Of a stretch of 64,000 nt of DNA, positions 11,558 through 22,379 are shown piece after piece; position 1 is the first letter of the stretch; each line of letters begins with the position of its first letter. The notes under the pieces are model-generated. The model was given only the letters and a program-made list of their open reading frames with translations. It searched no databases and had not been told where the DNA came from. The stretch covers positions 2,816,001 to 2,880,000 of the forward strand of contig OZ240241.1 of NCBI GenBank assembly GCA_965198115.1, in the 5' to 3' direction. Made by a program: the position numbers and the translations under genes. The DNA comes from Candidatus Latescibacterota bacterium. GTDB taxonomy: Bacteria > Latescibacterota > UBA2968.

Positions 11558-12253
11558 GTGAAGACTATCGGGCTCGGTGGGATGAGCTGGGAATCCACCG
11601 TATCCTACTACCAAACGATCAATCGATGCGTCAGCACGCGTCTGGGGGGCTTTCACTCTGCGAAAATCCTGCTCAACAGTGTCGATTTCGCTCCGGTCGA
11701 GAAGGCCCAGAGGGAGAATCGCTGGGACGATGCCGGTCAAGTCGTCGCAGATGCCGCAGGGGCCCTCGAACGTGGAGGTGCGGACTTCCTCGTCATCGGG
11801 TGCAACACAATGCATCGGGCAGCCGATCGGATCGAGTCCTCGGTCAACCTCCCGCTCCTCCACATCGCCGACGCTACCGCGGATGAAGTCATTGCCCGTG
11901 GAATGGAGCGCGTCGGTTTTCTCGGCACTCGATTTACGATGCAGGAGGACTTCATTCGGGGTCGTCTCGAACGACGAAACCTGACGGTCGAGATCCCCAA
12001 GTCGGGTGAATGCGAAATCATTCATCGCGTCATCTACGAGGAGCTGATCGCCGGTCATCTTTCCGACTTGTCAAGAACGGAATACGTCCAAATCGTAGAG
12101 CGCCTGTCCGCGAATGGCTGCGAGGGAGTCGTCCTCGGGTGCACAGAAGTCGGCATGCTCATCGGCCCAGCCGACACGCAAGTTCCTTTGTTCGATACCG
12201 CGGAGATTCACGCTGAGAGGGCAGCAACGTACGCCCTCGAAGACGGCACTTGA
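11558..12253 (+). CDS. Aspartate/glutamate racemase family protein
   Basis: GGMSWEST, CNTMH and LGCTE motifs. Confidence 0.92.
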   Translation: MKTIGLGGMSWESTVSYYQTINRCVSTRLGGFHSAKILLNSVDFAPVEKAQRENRWDDAGQVVADAAGALERGGADFLVIGCNTMHRAADRIESSVNLPLLHIADATADEVIARGMERVGFLGTRFTMQEDFIRGRLERRNLTVEIPKSGECEIIHRVIYEELIAGHLSDLSRTEYVQIVERLSANGCEGVVLGCTEVGMLIGPADTQVPLFDTAEIHAERAATYALEDGT

Positions 12254-12290
12254 AACGCAGACTACCCCCCACGTAACTGGAGAGCAATGC

Positions 12291-13109
12291 GTGACCGATC
12301 AGGAAAAATATCTCTTCGACGTACACGGCTACCTCGTCATCGAGGGAGCCCTCACGCCTGAGCAGGTCGTAGTCGCCAATGCAGCCGTCGACCATCACGC
12401 CGATCAGATCGGTCTGCGGCCCAACGATCTCGCACGCGGGTCGAAAACGCTCCAGGGCTCACAAGGGCGAGGCGATCTCGGCGGTATGCTGACGTGGGAC
12501 AAGCCACACTGCGATCCGTTCCGTGATATGATCGTGAATCCCAACGTCACACCGCATCTCGAGGAGCTTTTGGGACCCGGTTTTCGTCTCGCGGGCCTCG
12601 GCATAATCACGATGGACGAAGGCGCTGAAGGATTTTGGTTCCACGAGGGCGCCGAACCGCGTGACCGGTCCCGCACTTACGTCTACCAGAACGGCCGGAT
12701 GTTTACGGGCATGACCAACGTCGCCATCCAACTCACCGACGTCGGTCCCGATGACGGCGGCTTTGCCTGCCTGCCCGGAAGCCACAAAGCCAACTTCCCG
12801 TGCCCGGACGACATTCGACTTTACGAGGCCTACCATGAAAGGGTTCTCCAGATTCCGGCGAAAGCGGGTGACGCTGTTCTGTTTTGTGAATGTCTCATGC
12901 ACGGCTCCCTTCCGTGGGTCGCCGAACACCAGCGACGTTCTGTCATCATCCGATACTTCGACGGCGTCACGGCAGAGGGCTTGATGGGGACCTACACCCA
13001 GCCACCCTGGTACGAAGACCTCAGCGATCTTCAGAAGACCGTCATCTCTGCACCGGAGTATCGCAAGGAAAGCAAGGGGTCGAGGCTCTACAAAGAACCT
13101 GCGAGTTGA
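12291..13109 (+). CDS. Phytanoyl-CoA dioxygenase (PhyH) family protein
   Basis: F..HGYLVI, GGF.CLPGSHK and LMHGS motifs; GTG start after GGAG. Confidence 0.85.
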   Translation: MTDQEKYLFDVHGYLVIEGALTPEQVVVANAAVDHHADQIGLRPNDLARGSKTLQGSQGRGDLGGMLTWDKPHCDPFRDMIVNPNVTPHLEELLGPGFRLAGLGIITMDEGAEGFWFHEGAEPRDRSRTYVYQNGRMFTGMTNVAIQLTDVGPDDGGFACLPGSHKANFPCPDDIRLYEAYHERVLQIPAKAGDAVLFCECLMHGSLPWVAEHQRRSVIIRYFDGVTAEGLMGTYTQPPWYEDLSDLQKTVISAPEYRKESKGSRLYKEPAS

Positions 13110-13374
13110 CGGTGGACGGTGGACTGGAAGGTGAGTGGGCGGTCGGCCGTGAGCGGTCGGCGGTTATGGGCTACGCACCTAATACCAGTGGGAGCCCTTC
13201 GACTCTGCTCAGGGCAGGCTCTCTTCAGACCGCGAACTCTATGGTGAACGGTGGAAGAACAGAAGCTGTGTTTCGTGTATGGAGCCTGCCTCGAACGAAC
13301 GTGAGAGGTGGTCGTTTTTGGTTTTCGTCCGTGTATTCCGCGTGGTCTGTGGTCTAAGTTTTCGGGTTAAAATG

Positions 13375-14794
13375 GGCTATATCCGGATCTCTCAACGAGA
13401 TGAAGTGGGTGAAGGTGCCGTGGTTCCTGGCATGGGGGCGCGGTTAGCGTGTGCGGAACCTCTTCGGAATCTGCTCAGGGATGTTTATGTCTCCGACGGT
13501 AAGGAAGATCATATCGTTGAATGCGTCGAGTGTGCGGAATCCGCTGGCTCGGTTCTTGACGATTTGGACGATTCGGTTGAGGCCTTCGGCGATGGCGTTG
13601 GTAAGACGCGTGTTCACGAATGCGAGGACGCCGAAGAAGTGCTGTCGCAGGGTCCTGACGAACTTTCGCAGGGGTTCAAGTCGACTTCTGAGTGCGGACG
13701 TCGTCCAGCATTTCAGGAAGCGTTCGGCAGCCCAGGGCGCTTTGTATTCCCAGAACTGCTCGAACTCGTCCTTGAGTCTCCAGGCTCTATAGATTCGGTA
13801 GTTCGCCTCCTCCAGTGCTTTGAGTGTCCGAGTATCCCCTCTGGAGCGTGTCGCTGAGTGCCGGTAGAGGAGCCATCGGAGGCCCTTCATGGCTTTGCGC
13901 TCATCCGGGGCAGCTTTACGCCACTGGTCCTTACGGACCTCGTCAACGGCGGCATTGAGAGCCTTGACGATGTGAAAGCGATCGAGGACCAGCTTGGCAT
14001 TCGGACAGTGTTCCTGGATGGCTCCGATGTAAGCTTCGCTCATGTCGCAGCAGGCCCACTCGATCTTGGATCTCCGGTAGGGACTGAGAGCCTCTGTGAA
14101 GAACCGATCGATCGTTTTACGCGCCCTGCCGCGGCCAACCCACACCACGCAGGAGCGGTCCAGATCGTAAACGAGCGTGGCGTACCTGTGACGCTTGGCG
14201 TAGGAGATCTCGTCGATCCCGATGGTTTTGAGCCCTCGGATACGATGACCTTCACGAAGCCGCGTGATGGATCGGTGACGGAGATCCGACAGCGTCGAGG
14301 CAGAGATGCGCAGTAACTCGGACGCCGCCTTCTGCGTCATGGTCTGGCAGTAGCGCAGCATGGCATACTCGAAGCGATACGTCACCCGAGAGAACCGCTC
14401 CGCCCACGGAATCTCCTCGACCACACGACCGTGGGTAGGACACCGAATCTCCCGAGGATGGTAGAGAAGCCAGACCCTCCACCCGCACACCGGAATGTCA
14501 CGCCACCGACGCGGATGGGGCATTGTGCGGACGATTTTACCTCGACGGCCGCACTCCGGACAACAACAACCATTCTTATGTGGCTTTACGGCGATGACGA
14601 AACAGCTTCTCCCCTCAAACCACCAGCTGACAACACGGAACCCCTTGAATCTCAGCAGTTTCGATAGTAATCTGCTCCCGGTCATAGGTCGCACCCCCTT
14701 CGCTTTGATTGTCCTACACACACAACCAAGCGTAGGGAACGATCTATGACCTTGTCATTCTATAGTTTCACCGTTGAGAAACCCGGATAGAGCC
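13375..14794 (-). mobile_element. ISL3-family IS, copy 1 (1420 bp)
   Basis: IRs GGCTATATCCGG... and ...CCGGATAGAGCC; 8-bp TSD TTAAAATG (13367-13374, 14795-14802). Confidence 0.95.
13444..14721 (-). CDS. ISL3 transposase
   Basis: CPECG zinc finger; IGIDE, CDMS, DRFH and AEGLN motifs. Confidence 0.95.
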   Translation of the reverse strand: MCRTIKAKGVRPMTGSRLLSKLLRFKGFRVVSWWFEGRSCFVIAVKPHKNGCCCPECGRRGKIVRTMPHPRRWRDIPVCGWRVWLLYHPREIRCPTHGRVVEEIPWAERFSRVTYRFEYAMLRYCQTMTQKAASELLRISASTLSDLRHRSITRLREGHRIRGLKTIGIDEISYAKRHRYATLVYDLDRSCVVWVGRGRARKTIDRFFTEALSPYRRSKIEWACCDMSEAYIGAIQEHCPNAKLVLDRFHIVKALNAAVDEVRKDQWRKAAPDERKAMKGLRWLLYRHSATRSRGDTRTLKALEEANYRIYRAWRLKDEFEQFWEYKAPWAAERFLKCWTTSALRSRLEPLRKFVRTLRQHFFGVLAFVNTRLTNAIAEGLNRIVQIVKNRASGFRTLDAFNDMIFLTVGDINIPEQIPKRFRTR

Positions 14795-14799
14795 TTAAA

Positions 14800-15591
14800 A
14801 TGATCAGAAAACGCATATGGGAGATCGTCGAAGTTGCGCGGCCGGGTGACAGAGCCAGCCGCGTATTCGATCTGACGATTCTGTCGCTAATTTTCTTGAA
14901 CGTACTCGCGACGATCCTTGGGACCGTTCCCGAGATTCACGGTCGATTCGGGAAGGTCCTCGACCGATTCGAGCTCTTGTCTGTTGTCGTCTTCACAGTC
15001 GAGTATATCACCCGTCTCTGGTCGTGCCGGGCGGATGAGAGATACGATCGGATTGTCGTCGGCCGACTTCGGTACGCGACACGTGGTCTCCTGATCATCG
15101 ACCTTCTGGCAATTCTACCCTTCTACTTACCTTTCGTAGGCATCGACCTGCGATCGTTCCGTGTGCTGCGACTTTTGCGCATCCTCCGCATCGTGCGCAT
15201 CGGACGCTACTACAGGTCGCTCCACATGATTCACCGCGTTGTCCGAGCAAAGCGGGAAGAGCTCGTCCTGACTTCGGCCGTGATGTTCCTCCTTCTCGTC
15301 GTCTCGGCGAGTGTTCTCTTTTACTGCGAGCACGAAATCCAGCCCGAATCCTTCTCGAGTATTCCTGCGACCATGTGGTGGGCCATTGCCACCCTGACGA
15401 CCGTCGGTTATGGCGATATGTACCCTGTCACAGTGCTGGGTCGACTCTTCGCCTCGGTCATCGCCGTCCTCGGCATCGGCATGTTCGCCCTCCCGACGGG
15501 CATCCTCGGCGCCGCGTTCGTCGAGGAAATCGAGCGATCGAAGAAGGATGCCATCTGCCCCCATTGCGGGAAGCCGATTCATCGGTCGTAG
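14800..15591 (+). CDS. Voltage-gated potassium channel (ion transporter)
   Basis: S4 segment RSFRVLRLLRILRIVR; TTVGYGD filter; C-terminal CPHCG. Confidence 0.93.
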   Translation: MIRKRIWEIVEVARPGDRASRVFDLTILSLIFLNVLATILGTVPEIHGRFGKVLDRFELLSVVVFTVEYITRLWSCRADERYDRIVVGRLRYATRGLLIIDLLAILPFYLPFVGIDLRSFRVLRLLRILRIVRIGRYYRSLHMIHRVVRAKREELVLTSAVMFLLLVVSASVLFYCEHEIQPESFSSIPATMWWAIATLTTVGYGDMYPVTVLGRLFASVIAVLGIGMFALPTGILGAAFVEEIERSKKDAICPHCGKPIHRS

Positions 15592-15845
15592 CCGTTCTTC
15601 CATTTCACAGAGTACAGACACGTAGGGCCACGGCAATGCCGTGGCCCTATCAATTTCCCACCAACGCGCGTGGGGCTGACGCCCCACGCTATGGAAGCGA
15701 AGCCCTCCAAGACCGCGCATCTGCGCGTGTCGGGCTGGCCTTCGGCTTAACAGAAGACCTACAGCGTGTAGCCCTGATGTACGTTCGAGCGTGTCCGGAG
15801 CCTGCTCTGAGTGTCGTCGAAGAGTGTCCTCAGAAGCGATTTATC

Positions 15846-16988
15846 CTAAATGTATCCGGTCGATCCATCCGGACGAACGGGGCACGTCCGCTGCCAATAG
15901 GAGTATTCTCCTTCCAGAAGATCCTCGTTCACTTCCACGCCTAATCCCGGCCGATCGGGACGCAGCTGGAGATAGCCGTCGGTCGGCCAGTAGGCTTCAT
16001 CCAGCCAGTCCTTGGCGATCTCCGCATCCGGAAGGTGGTACTCTAGGATCTTGAAATTGGGCGTTGCCGCGCTGAAGTGGAGATTGACCGCTGTCGCCAG
16101 AGGGCCCATCGGGTTGTGAGGGGCGATCGTCACGTAGTGGGCTTCGGCGATGGCCGCAATCTTACGCATCTCCAGCAAGCCACCGCAAATACAAATGTCG
16201 GGCTGGATGATGTCCGCGCCATCCTTCCCCAACAGGTCGAGGAACTCGAATCGTTGGTAGAGGGACTCACCCGTTGCGAGTGGAACCTGCATCTGAGAAC
16301 GCAGACGCGCCCACGCATCGCTGTTCTCCGGCCGTAGCGGTTCCTCGTAAAACAGAGGATCATACGGAGCGAGCGCATTTGACAGTTGAAGTGCCTTGAT
16401 CGGTTCGAAAATCTTCGCGTGTGGATCGAACGCGAACTCCCAATCGTCGGGGCAGTGCTTACGTAGCCCTTCGAAGTATTCCGCTGCCGCCTTGCACACA
16501 AGGCCCCAGCGATGTCCATCGGCAGGCAGCCGGAATGGGCTCGTCTTGAAGGCGGTGAACCCGTGTTCGTCGTGCAGTTTATGCGCCGTATCCGCCGCCT
16601 CCTTAGCGTCCCTTCCGCCGAGGCCTCGGTACACCTGCACTTTGTCTCGAACGTTCCCGCCCAGTAACATATAGACGGGCACACCCGCCGCCTTCCCGCT
16701 GATATCCCAGAGCGCGTGATCGAGACCGGACATCGCCGACAGACCTATCGCGCCGGGCGGAAATCGCATCTGTTGGAAGAGCTTCAACATGATGTATTCG
16801 ATCCGCCGCGGATCTTCGCCTTTGATCATCTCGAAGATGTAGTCCAGCGTCGGCTCGATCGAGAGGTCCGGCCCCGGGCTATAACATTCGCCCCAGCCGT
16901 AGAGGCCTTCGTCCGTCTCAACCTTGCACAGCGCTCGGGACCGCCCCCCCTCGCGTGTCATGAATGTTTTGATCGCCGTGATCTTCAT
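15846..16988 (-). CDS. Galactonate dehydratase-like enolase-superfamily enzyme
   Basis: ALWDI.GK, DPH, EEP, TGE, QPD and APHNP motifs. Confidence 0.9.
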   Translation of the reverse strand: MKITAIKTFMTREGGRSRALCKVETDEGLYGWGECYSPGPDLSIEPTLDYIFEMIKGEDPRRIEYIMLKLFQQMRFPPGAIGLSAMSGLDHALWDISGKAAGVPVYMLLGGNVRDKVQVYRGLGGRDAKEAADTAHKLHDEHGFTAFKTSPFRLPADGHRWGLVCKAAAEYFEGLRKHCPDDWEFAFDPHAKIFEPIKALQLSNALAPYDPLFYEEPLRPENSDAWARLRSQMQVPLATGESLYQRFEFLDLLGKDGADIIQPDICICGGLLEMRKIAAIAEAHYVTIAPHNPMGPLATAVNLHFSAATPNFKILEYHLPDAEIAKDWLDEAYWPTDGYLQLRPDRPGLGVEVNEDLLEGEYSYWQRTCPVRPDGSTGYI

Positions 16989-17170
16989 TCATCTCTCCTC
17001 TTGTATGATCCCTACCGTATCCCAGTTCCGACTTCTGCTGGACGCGCAACGTGGACAGAGTCCGATTGTGCATCAGATGAAAAAAGGCACTCTCGTCCTA
17101 TGTGTTTGGCTGGGCAATATGGGTAGGTTTCGCGAAGTAGGCCAGCAGGAAGGCAAAGCAAACAGCGGGT

Positions 17171-17515
17171 CTAACTATCGGGATCGATCAGTGGCAGAAT
17201 GCGAGCAATCACCTCTTCCAGAATCTCCTCGGGAAGTCTATCGAATCGGGCAGCCTTCCGAGCACGCCAGTCCAGACTCTTGAGCTGGTCGCATAGAATG
17301 GCACCTCTAACCTCGAGCCCACCGGGAAGAACGACCTCGAACGGATATCCTTTCACGCTTGTCGTAATCGGACAGAAGAGCGCCAGTCCTACTTTGCGGT
17401 TATAGATCCGGGGTGATATGACCAGTGCGGGCCTTCTTCCAGATTGTTCGTGACCCGCCTGTGGATCAAACCGGAGCCAGACAATGTCGCCACGTTCAGG
17501 CGTATATCGGGGCAC
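17171..17515 (-). CDS. mazF: MazF/PemK endoribonuclease toxin
   Basis: RGDIVW..FDPQAGHEQ.GRRPALV and DQLKSLDWRAR. Confidence 0.95.
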   Translation of the reverse strand: MPRYTPERGDIVWLRFDPQAGHEQSGRRPALVISPRIYNRKVGLALFCPITTSVKGYPFEVVLPGGLEVRGAILCDQLKSLDWRARKAARFDRLPEEILEEVIARILPLIDPDS

Positions 17516-17517
17516 GG

Positions 17518-17760
17518 CTACCAGACTTCCCGACCAACGGCATTCCCCGTGTCGATACCATCGTGGCGATTTTTAGCAGATACCCGTTCGACCAGATCGT
17601 CAAGACTGTATTTACGCTTGCGAGAGGGGCTCACCACGAGATCTCCGTTCTCGATAGTGAGATCAACCTCTGATCCAGCACCTACACCTGTTTCCTCGGC
17701 GAATGCCTTGGGTATCCGGAGGCCCAGGCTGTTACCCCATTTCAGTATTTTGGTGTGCAT
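17518..17760 (-). CDS. mazE: MazE (AbrB-fold) antitoxin
   Basis: KWGNSLGLRIPK and C-terminal GREVW; directly upstream of mazF. Confidence 0.95.
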   Translation of the reverse strand: MHTKILKWGNSLGLRIPKAFAEETGVGAGSEVDLTIENGDLVVSPSRKRKYSLDDLVERVSAKNRHDGIDTGNAVGREVW

Positions 17761-17772
17761 TCATCCCTCCGT

Positions 17773-17796
17773 TGAGTATACATTGAATATACATCA
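17773..17796. promoter_or_regulatory. Probable mazEF autoregulatory operator
   Basis: Palindrome GTATA-CATTGAA-TATAC just upstream of the mazE RBS. Confidence 0.55.
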
Positions 17797-17838
17797 TATT
17801 GGATGAACTGACCAGTGCATCAGACTGACAGCTTCGGC

Positions 17839-18310
17839 TCATTGGCAATATTGATCCATATGCCACATAAAATCGGGCGTGGCCGACCAGATTTCATCCA
17901 CGACACCGCACGCGTAATCCGGGACCTCGTCGGGTCTCTCCTTCCAGTCCGGCAAGGCCTCACCGATCGAGTACGGGTTCGTCGCGACCAAAACAGACAC
18001 GCTTGAACAGCGGAATCTCTCGACCGAACGTCTCCCTGACAAAGTCCTGGTGATTCAAGCCCATGGCCACGGCGAGATCAGCCCCTTCAAGGATTTCCGC
18101 TGTCAATCGCGTCTGCTCGTGTCCGGACGGATCCACTCCCAGCTCGATGAGTCGTTGCCGTACGGGTTCGTACATCTCTTGGGGCTCCGCCTGGATGCCG
18201 GCGGATCCCACCGTGTGAGGGGTGTCCGGTCCGAGCGCTGCCTTGAGCGCGTATTCTGCGGTCATACTTCGGAAGATGTTCCCGCTACAGATAAAGAGGA
18301 TGGTGCTCAC
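17839..18310 (-). CDS. Low-molecular-weight phosphatase family protein; frameshift near 17962
   Basis: ICSGNIFRS P-loop and SAG motif; C-terminus IGEALPDW... in another frame. Confidence 0.75.
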
Positions 18311-18475
18311 CGGTCTTTTTCGACTCCCGTGTGTGCGAGGTTCCCAGGCTCCGCCTGAGAACGTAACCTGTATCCATCTTGTTTACAAGAAGTTGGAATT
18401 CCCTTGACCCTCGCTGGGAATTGGGCTTTCGTGACGATCACGCGTCGGACTCAGATTGTGCCAGGGGGACTTCCG

Positions 18476-20155
18476 ATGAAGGGGTTTCAGTCATTTGGAG
18501 CCAGTCTGCTCGTTTGGGCCGTGCTTTCTTCGAGTCTTGTCGCCGAGGAGATCATAAGCTTCGAGTCGATCCTCGACACGGTCAGCCACGTCGAACACCT
18601 GGTCGTGGACGAGGAAGGGGGCGGTCTGCTCCTGGCCGGCCGTGGTGCCCGTTATCACGCTCCGGGCGCCGGCGGTGTGTTGCTCCTCGACTCGACAACT
18701 GCTTTCCTCAGTGGCGATTCAACGTGGCGCATCGCAACTCGCAGCAGGGCACCGTGATGGCAGTATTACGTTTTGGAATGTCGACGGCGCCGCGCTACAC
18801 ACTATTAGAGGCGCCCATCTTGCGCCAGTCTCGAGCCTCGCCTACCATCCTGACGGTTCCACGCTCGCCAGTGCCGGTTGGGATGGCGCCGTCCTTACCT
18901 GGGGAACCGAGGACGGGTCGGAGCACCTTCGCTTTGCAGGTCACGAAGACGAGGTCTATGCCCTGGTCTACAGCCCGGACGGATCCCTCCTCGCCACCGG
19001 AGGATGGGACCGGAAGGCCAAGATCTGGGATCCACGGACCGGGTCCCTCCTGCACGATCTCTCCCACGAATCAGGCATCACGTCGCTCGCTTTCAGTCCT
19101 GACGGCCGATACCTCGTCGCGGGGGATTGGTCCGGCCGCATTTCCATCTAGCGGACGGCACCTGACTGGATACAGGCCGGCATTCTGAAGCGGCCACAGT
19201 CCACCCGCATCGTGCACCTCTCCTTTCAGGGATCTTCACAACGCCTCATCGCCGGCTATGAGAGCGGTGATTTCGTTGTCTGGAACATCCGGTCCCAACG
19301 TCTCCTGGATGAACAACGCGTGGGTCCATCCGGCTTACGGGCCGCCGCGACGGCGCCGCAGGGAGCGTGGCCAGTCTCGGTTCGGACGGGGATGTCACTT
19401 TCTGGAATCTGAACTTGGAAGACAGGCCGCCCCGGATCGAAATCACTTCTCCGACTCAGTCACCCTATCAGGCCGAAGATCAGTCCGTCCTTCTCGCAGG
19501 GACCGTTACAGACGATACCGGTCTGCGATCGCTCACGATCGACGGCGAGTCCTTCACGGATGCGGGTATGCGCGGCCTGCGCGCACCTGAATCCGAACAC
19601 CCGCGACGCATTCCCTTCTCGCGCGAACTGGTACTCCCCGGCGGCACACATCAACTCATCATCTCCGCCGAGGATGTGTCAGGCAAAGTCACGAACGTCG
19701 AACTGACGGTGGTCGTTCCCCAGCAGCGGTCTTTTGCTGTCATCATCGGTGTACAGGACTACCGCGATCCGAGCATCCGGGATCTCGCTTACACCGAAGC
19801 CGACGCCCACGCCGTCTTCGACCTGTTGACCGATCCCGACCGGGGCGGCATTCCACAAGAAAACGTGCGTCTGCTCATCGGCGAAGACGCCACTCGCAAC
19901 AGCATTCGATCGGTCCTGGGGAACTGGCTCTACAAGCAGGCGGGGCCCTACAACAAGGTCATCCTCTATTACGCCGGACACGGCGCGATCGAGCCTGACC
20001 GAACGGGACGCGAAAGCGATGGATTGACCAAATACCTCGTGCCCTTCGACGCGCAGATGGACAATCTCTTCGTGACCGGACTCGCCAACACCGAGCTCTC
20101 ATATCTCATGAGCACCGTCCAGTCGCAAAAGATGGTCTTTCCTGCTCGATTCTGC
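18476..20155 (+). pseudogene. Signal peptide + WD40 repeats + Ig-like domain + caspase (peptidase C14); broken and 3'-truncated
   Basis: GH...WD repeats; AVIIGV.DY and YYAGHG; two frameshifts, in-frame TAG at 19149, sequence ends at the (LL)DSC catalytic motif. Confidence 0.8.
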
Positions 20156-21333
20156 ATCCCGAGAGCCAGGATCAGCGAGAACAGGACCACCATGTTGAGC
20201 GTCATCCCCATCGCGTCGATGACGACGAAAGAGATGAGCATCGATAGCGGGATCGCCACGCCCGCAAAGATCGCGTTCCGAAAGCCCATGAAGAAAAACA
20301 GCACTGCCACGACGAGAATCAGACCCGAAAGGATATTGTTCTCCAGATCTCGCACCATCATCCGGATGTCCGTCGACTGATCTCCCAGAATTGTCGTCAT
20401 CGTGCCGGGCGGCAACGTGGATTCCATATCCTCGAGCATGGACTTCACGCGATCCGAGATCTGGATCAGGTTCTCCCCGCTCCGCTTGATCACCGAAAGG
20501 CTAACGCACGGCTGTCCGTTCAACCGGGCATAGCTCGCCCGGTCGGCGAACCCGTAGGTCACATCGGCCACATCTCGAATGTAGACGGGTTGTCCCTGTT
20601 CGCCCGTGATCACGAAGTCGGCGATCTCGTCGACCGATTCCACCTCCCCCGGTACGCGCACCGAGTACGTGTAGCCGCCCAGGTCGAGACTGCCGCCGGG
20701 GAGGGTCACGTTCTCGCGCTGTACCGTCTCCACCACGTCGTGAAGGGAGAGCTGATAAACCGTGAGACGGTCTGGATCCACGTCCACCTGAACTTCCCGC
20801 TCGAGACCGCCGGCCAGCCGGACCTCGAGAACTCCTGCGATCGTCTCCAGCTCATCGGCAATGTCCTCTGCCACTTCCTTCAGCCGAACGAGCCCGTAGT
20901 CGCCCGACACATTGACGATCATGATCGGGATGTTCGAAAAGTTCACCTCCGACACGATCGGATCTTCAGCGTCATCGGGCAGATCCTGTTTCGCGAGGTC
21001 GACCTTGTCTTTCGCCTTCTGAAGCGACTCGTCGACGTCGAGCGAGGCGTCGAACTACGTGATCGTCGACACGCCTTCTGCTGACGTCGACCGCATTTCC
21101 TTCACGTTCTCGAGCCCCTGAAGCTTCTTCTCGATCTTCCGCGTGACGAGCGTCTCCACGTCCTCCGGCGACGCCCCCACGTAAACCGTCGTCGTGATGA
21201 TGAACGGAATCGTGATGTCGGGAGCTGCCTTGCGTGGCAGCGTCGCGTAACCGTAGGCGCCCATCGAGACGAGCAGAATGACCAGGACGTAGACGGTCAC
21301 GCGTTTGCGGATGGCGTAGTTGGTCACGATCAT
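20156..21333 (-). pseudogene. RND efflux permease (AcrB family), N-terminal ~390 codons only
   Basis: GASPEDVE and LNMVVLFSLILALGM, then sequence switches to the caspase gene; in-frame TAG at 21055-21057. Confidence 0.85.
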
Positions 21334-22379
21334 CGAAGCATCCTTCGAATCGTCACGGCTTCTCCCGCGATCAGGTCACGACCGCCGGCGACGACCAGCG
21401 TGTCTCCCGGCTCCAGCCCGGCTCGGGCCACCACACGGTTTCCTTCGCTCGGGCCGAGCGCGACCTCCCGCAACGACACTCTGGAATCACTCACCACGAA
21501 AACGACAGGACCCGTTTCCCGCTCCACGAGCGCGTCTCGGGGGATGACGAGCACGTTGGACAGGTGGCGCCGTCGCGCGCGAAGCTTCCCCGCCATTCCC
21601 GGCTTCAGCTCGCCATTTCTGTTTACGATTCGGACCTCGAGCGGAAAGACTCGCCGGTCCGTTTGAGCCGCCGGCCCGACACGGTCGACCTGACCCGCAA
21701 AGGGTCGGACGCCAAGGGCGTCGATCTGCACTTCGACTTCACGGCCGACCGCATAATCTCCGATATCCCCTTCCGGCAGCCACCCCGTCATCCGAACCGT
21801 ATCCGTTTGAACGAGCCGGATCGCCGGCTGCCCCGGCTGCGCGAGGTCTCCCACTTCGATCCATCGCCCCGCCACGATCCCGGAAAACGGTGCGAGCAGA
21901 GTACTGTTCCTCAGTCGCTGCCGAACCGTGGCCAGCGTCGACGCAGCCTTTCGCTCATCGTATTCCGCCGAATACAGATCCTGTTCCGATATGGTGCCGT
22001 CCTCGAACAGCTGACGCGACTTTTCAAAGTTGTAGCGATGGAACTTCGCTCCGACCTGGGCCTCGATCAGCGAAGCGTTCAGAAGGTGCGTATGCAGCGT
22101 CGCGATCAAGTCGCCCCTTTGCACCGAGTCGCCGAGCGCCCGCCTGATTTCAGCTACAGACCCGGCTTCGAGAAACGTCAGCTGAACGTCCCGCCACGCC
22201 TCGACCGACGCAGGATAACGCCCTATCTGGGTCATCGTGTCCGGCCGAACGACAATCACGGCAACGTTCGTACGCCGCTCCTCCACGTCCGGCGTCGCCG
22301 CACCCGTCTCAGCCCCCTCGCCACCACAGCCGAACGTCAATCCAAGACACACTGTCACCACCACACGCCAGATCGTCAT
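21330..22379 (-). CDS. RND efflux periplasmic adaptor (MFP), lipoprotein
   Basis: LTFGC lipobox; APFSG, LKPGM and GLEPGD motifs. Confidence 0.9.
   Translation of the reverse strand: MTIWRVVVTVCLGLTFGCGGEGAETGAATPDVEERRTNVAVIVVRPDTMTQIGRYPASVEAWRDVQLTFLEAGSVAEIRRALGDSVQRGDLIATLHTHLLNASLIEAQVGAKFHRYNFEKSRQLFEDGTISEQDLYSAEYDERKAASTLATVRQRLRNSTLLAPFSGIVAGRWIEVGDLAQPGQPAIRLVQTDTVRMTGWLPEGDIGDYAVGREVEVQIDALGVRPFAGQVDRVGPAAQTDRRVFPLEVRIVNRNGELKPGMAGKLRARRRHLSNVLVIPRDALVERETGPVVFVVSDSRVSLREVALGPSEGNRVVARAGLEPGDTLVVAGGRDLIAGEAVTIRRMLR

Noticed and set aside
17171-17760. mazEF as the toxin countered by the tRNA array
   Set aside because: It lies 37 kb away and resembles ordinary mRNA-cleaving MazF; there is no evidence of a link.
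19367-20955. Long overlap of convergent ORFs 19367-20380 and 19969-20955
   Set aside because: Both simply read past the junction near 20155 into the antisense strand of the other gene.
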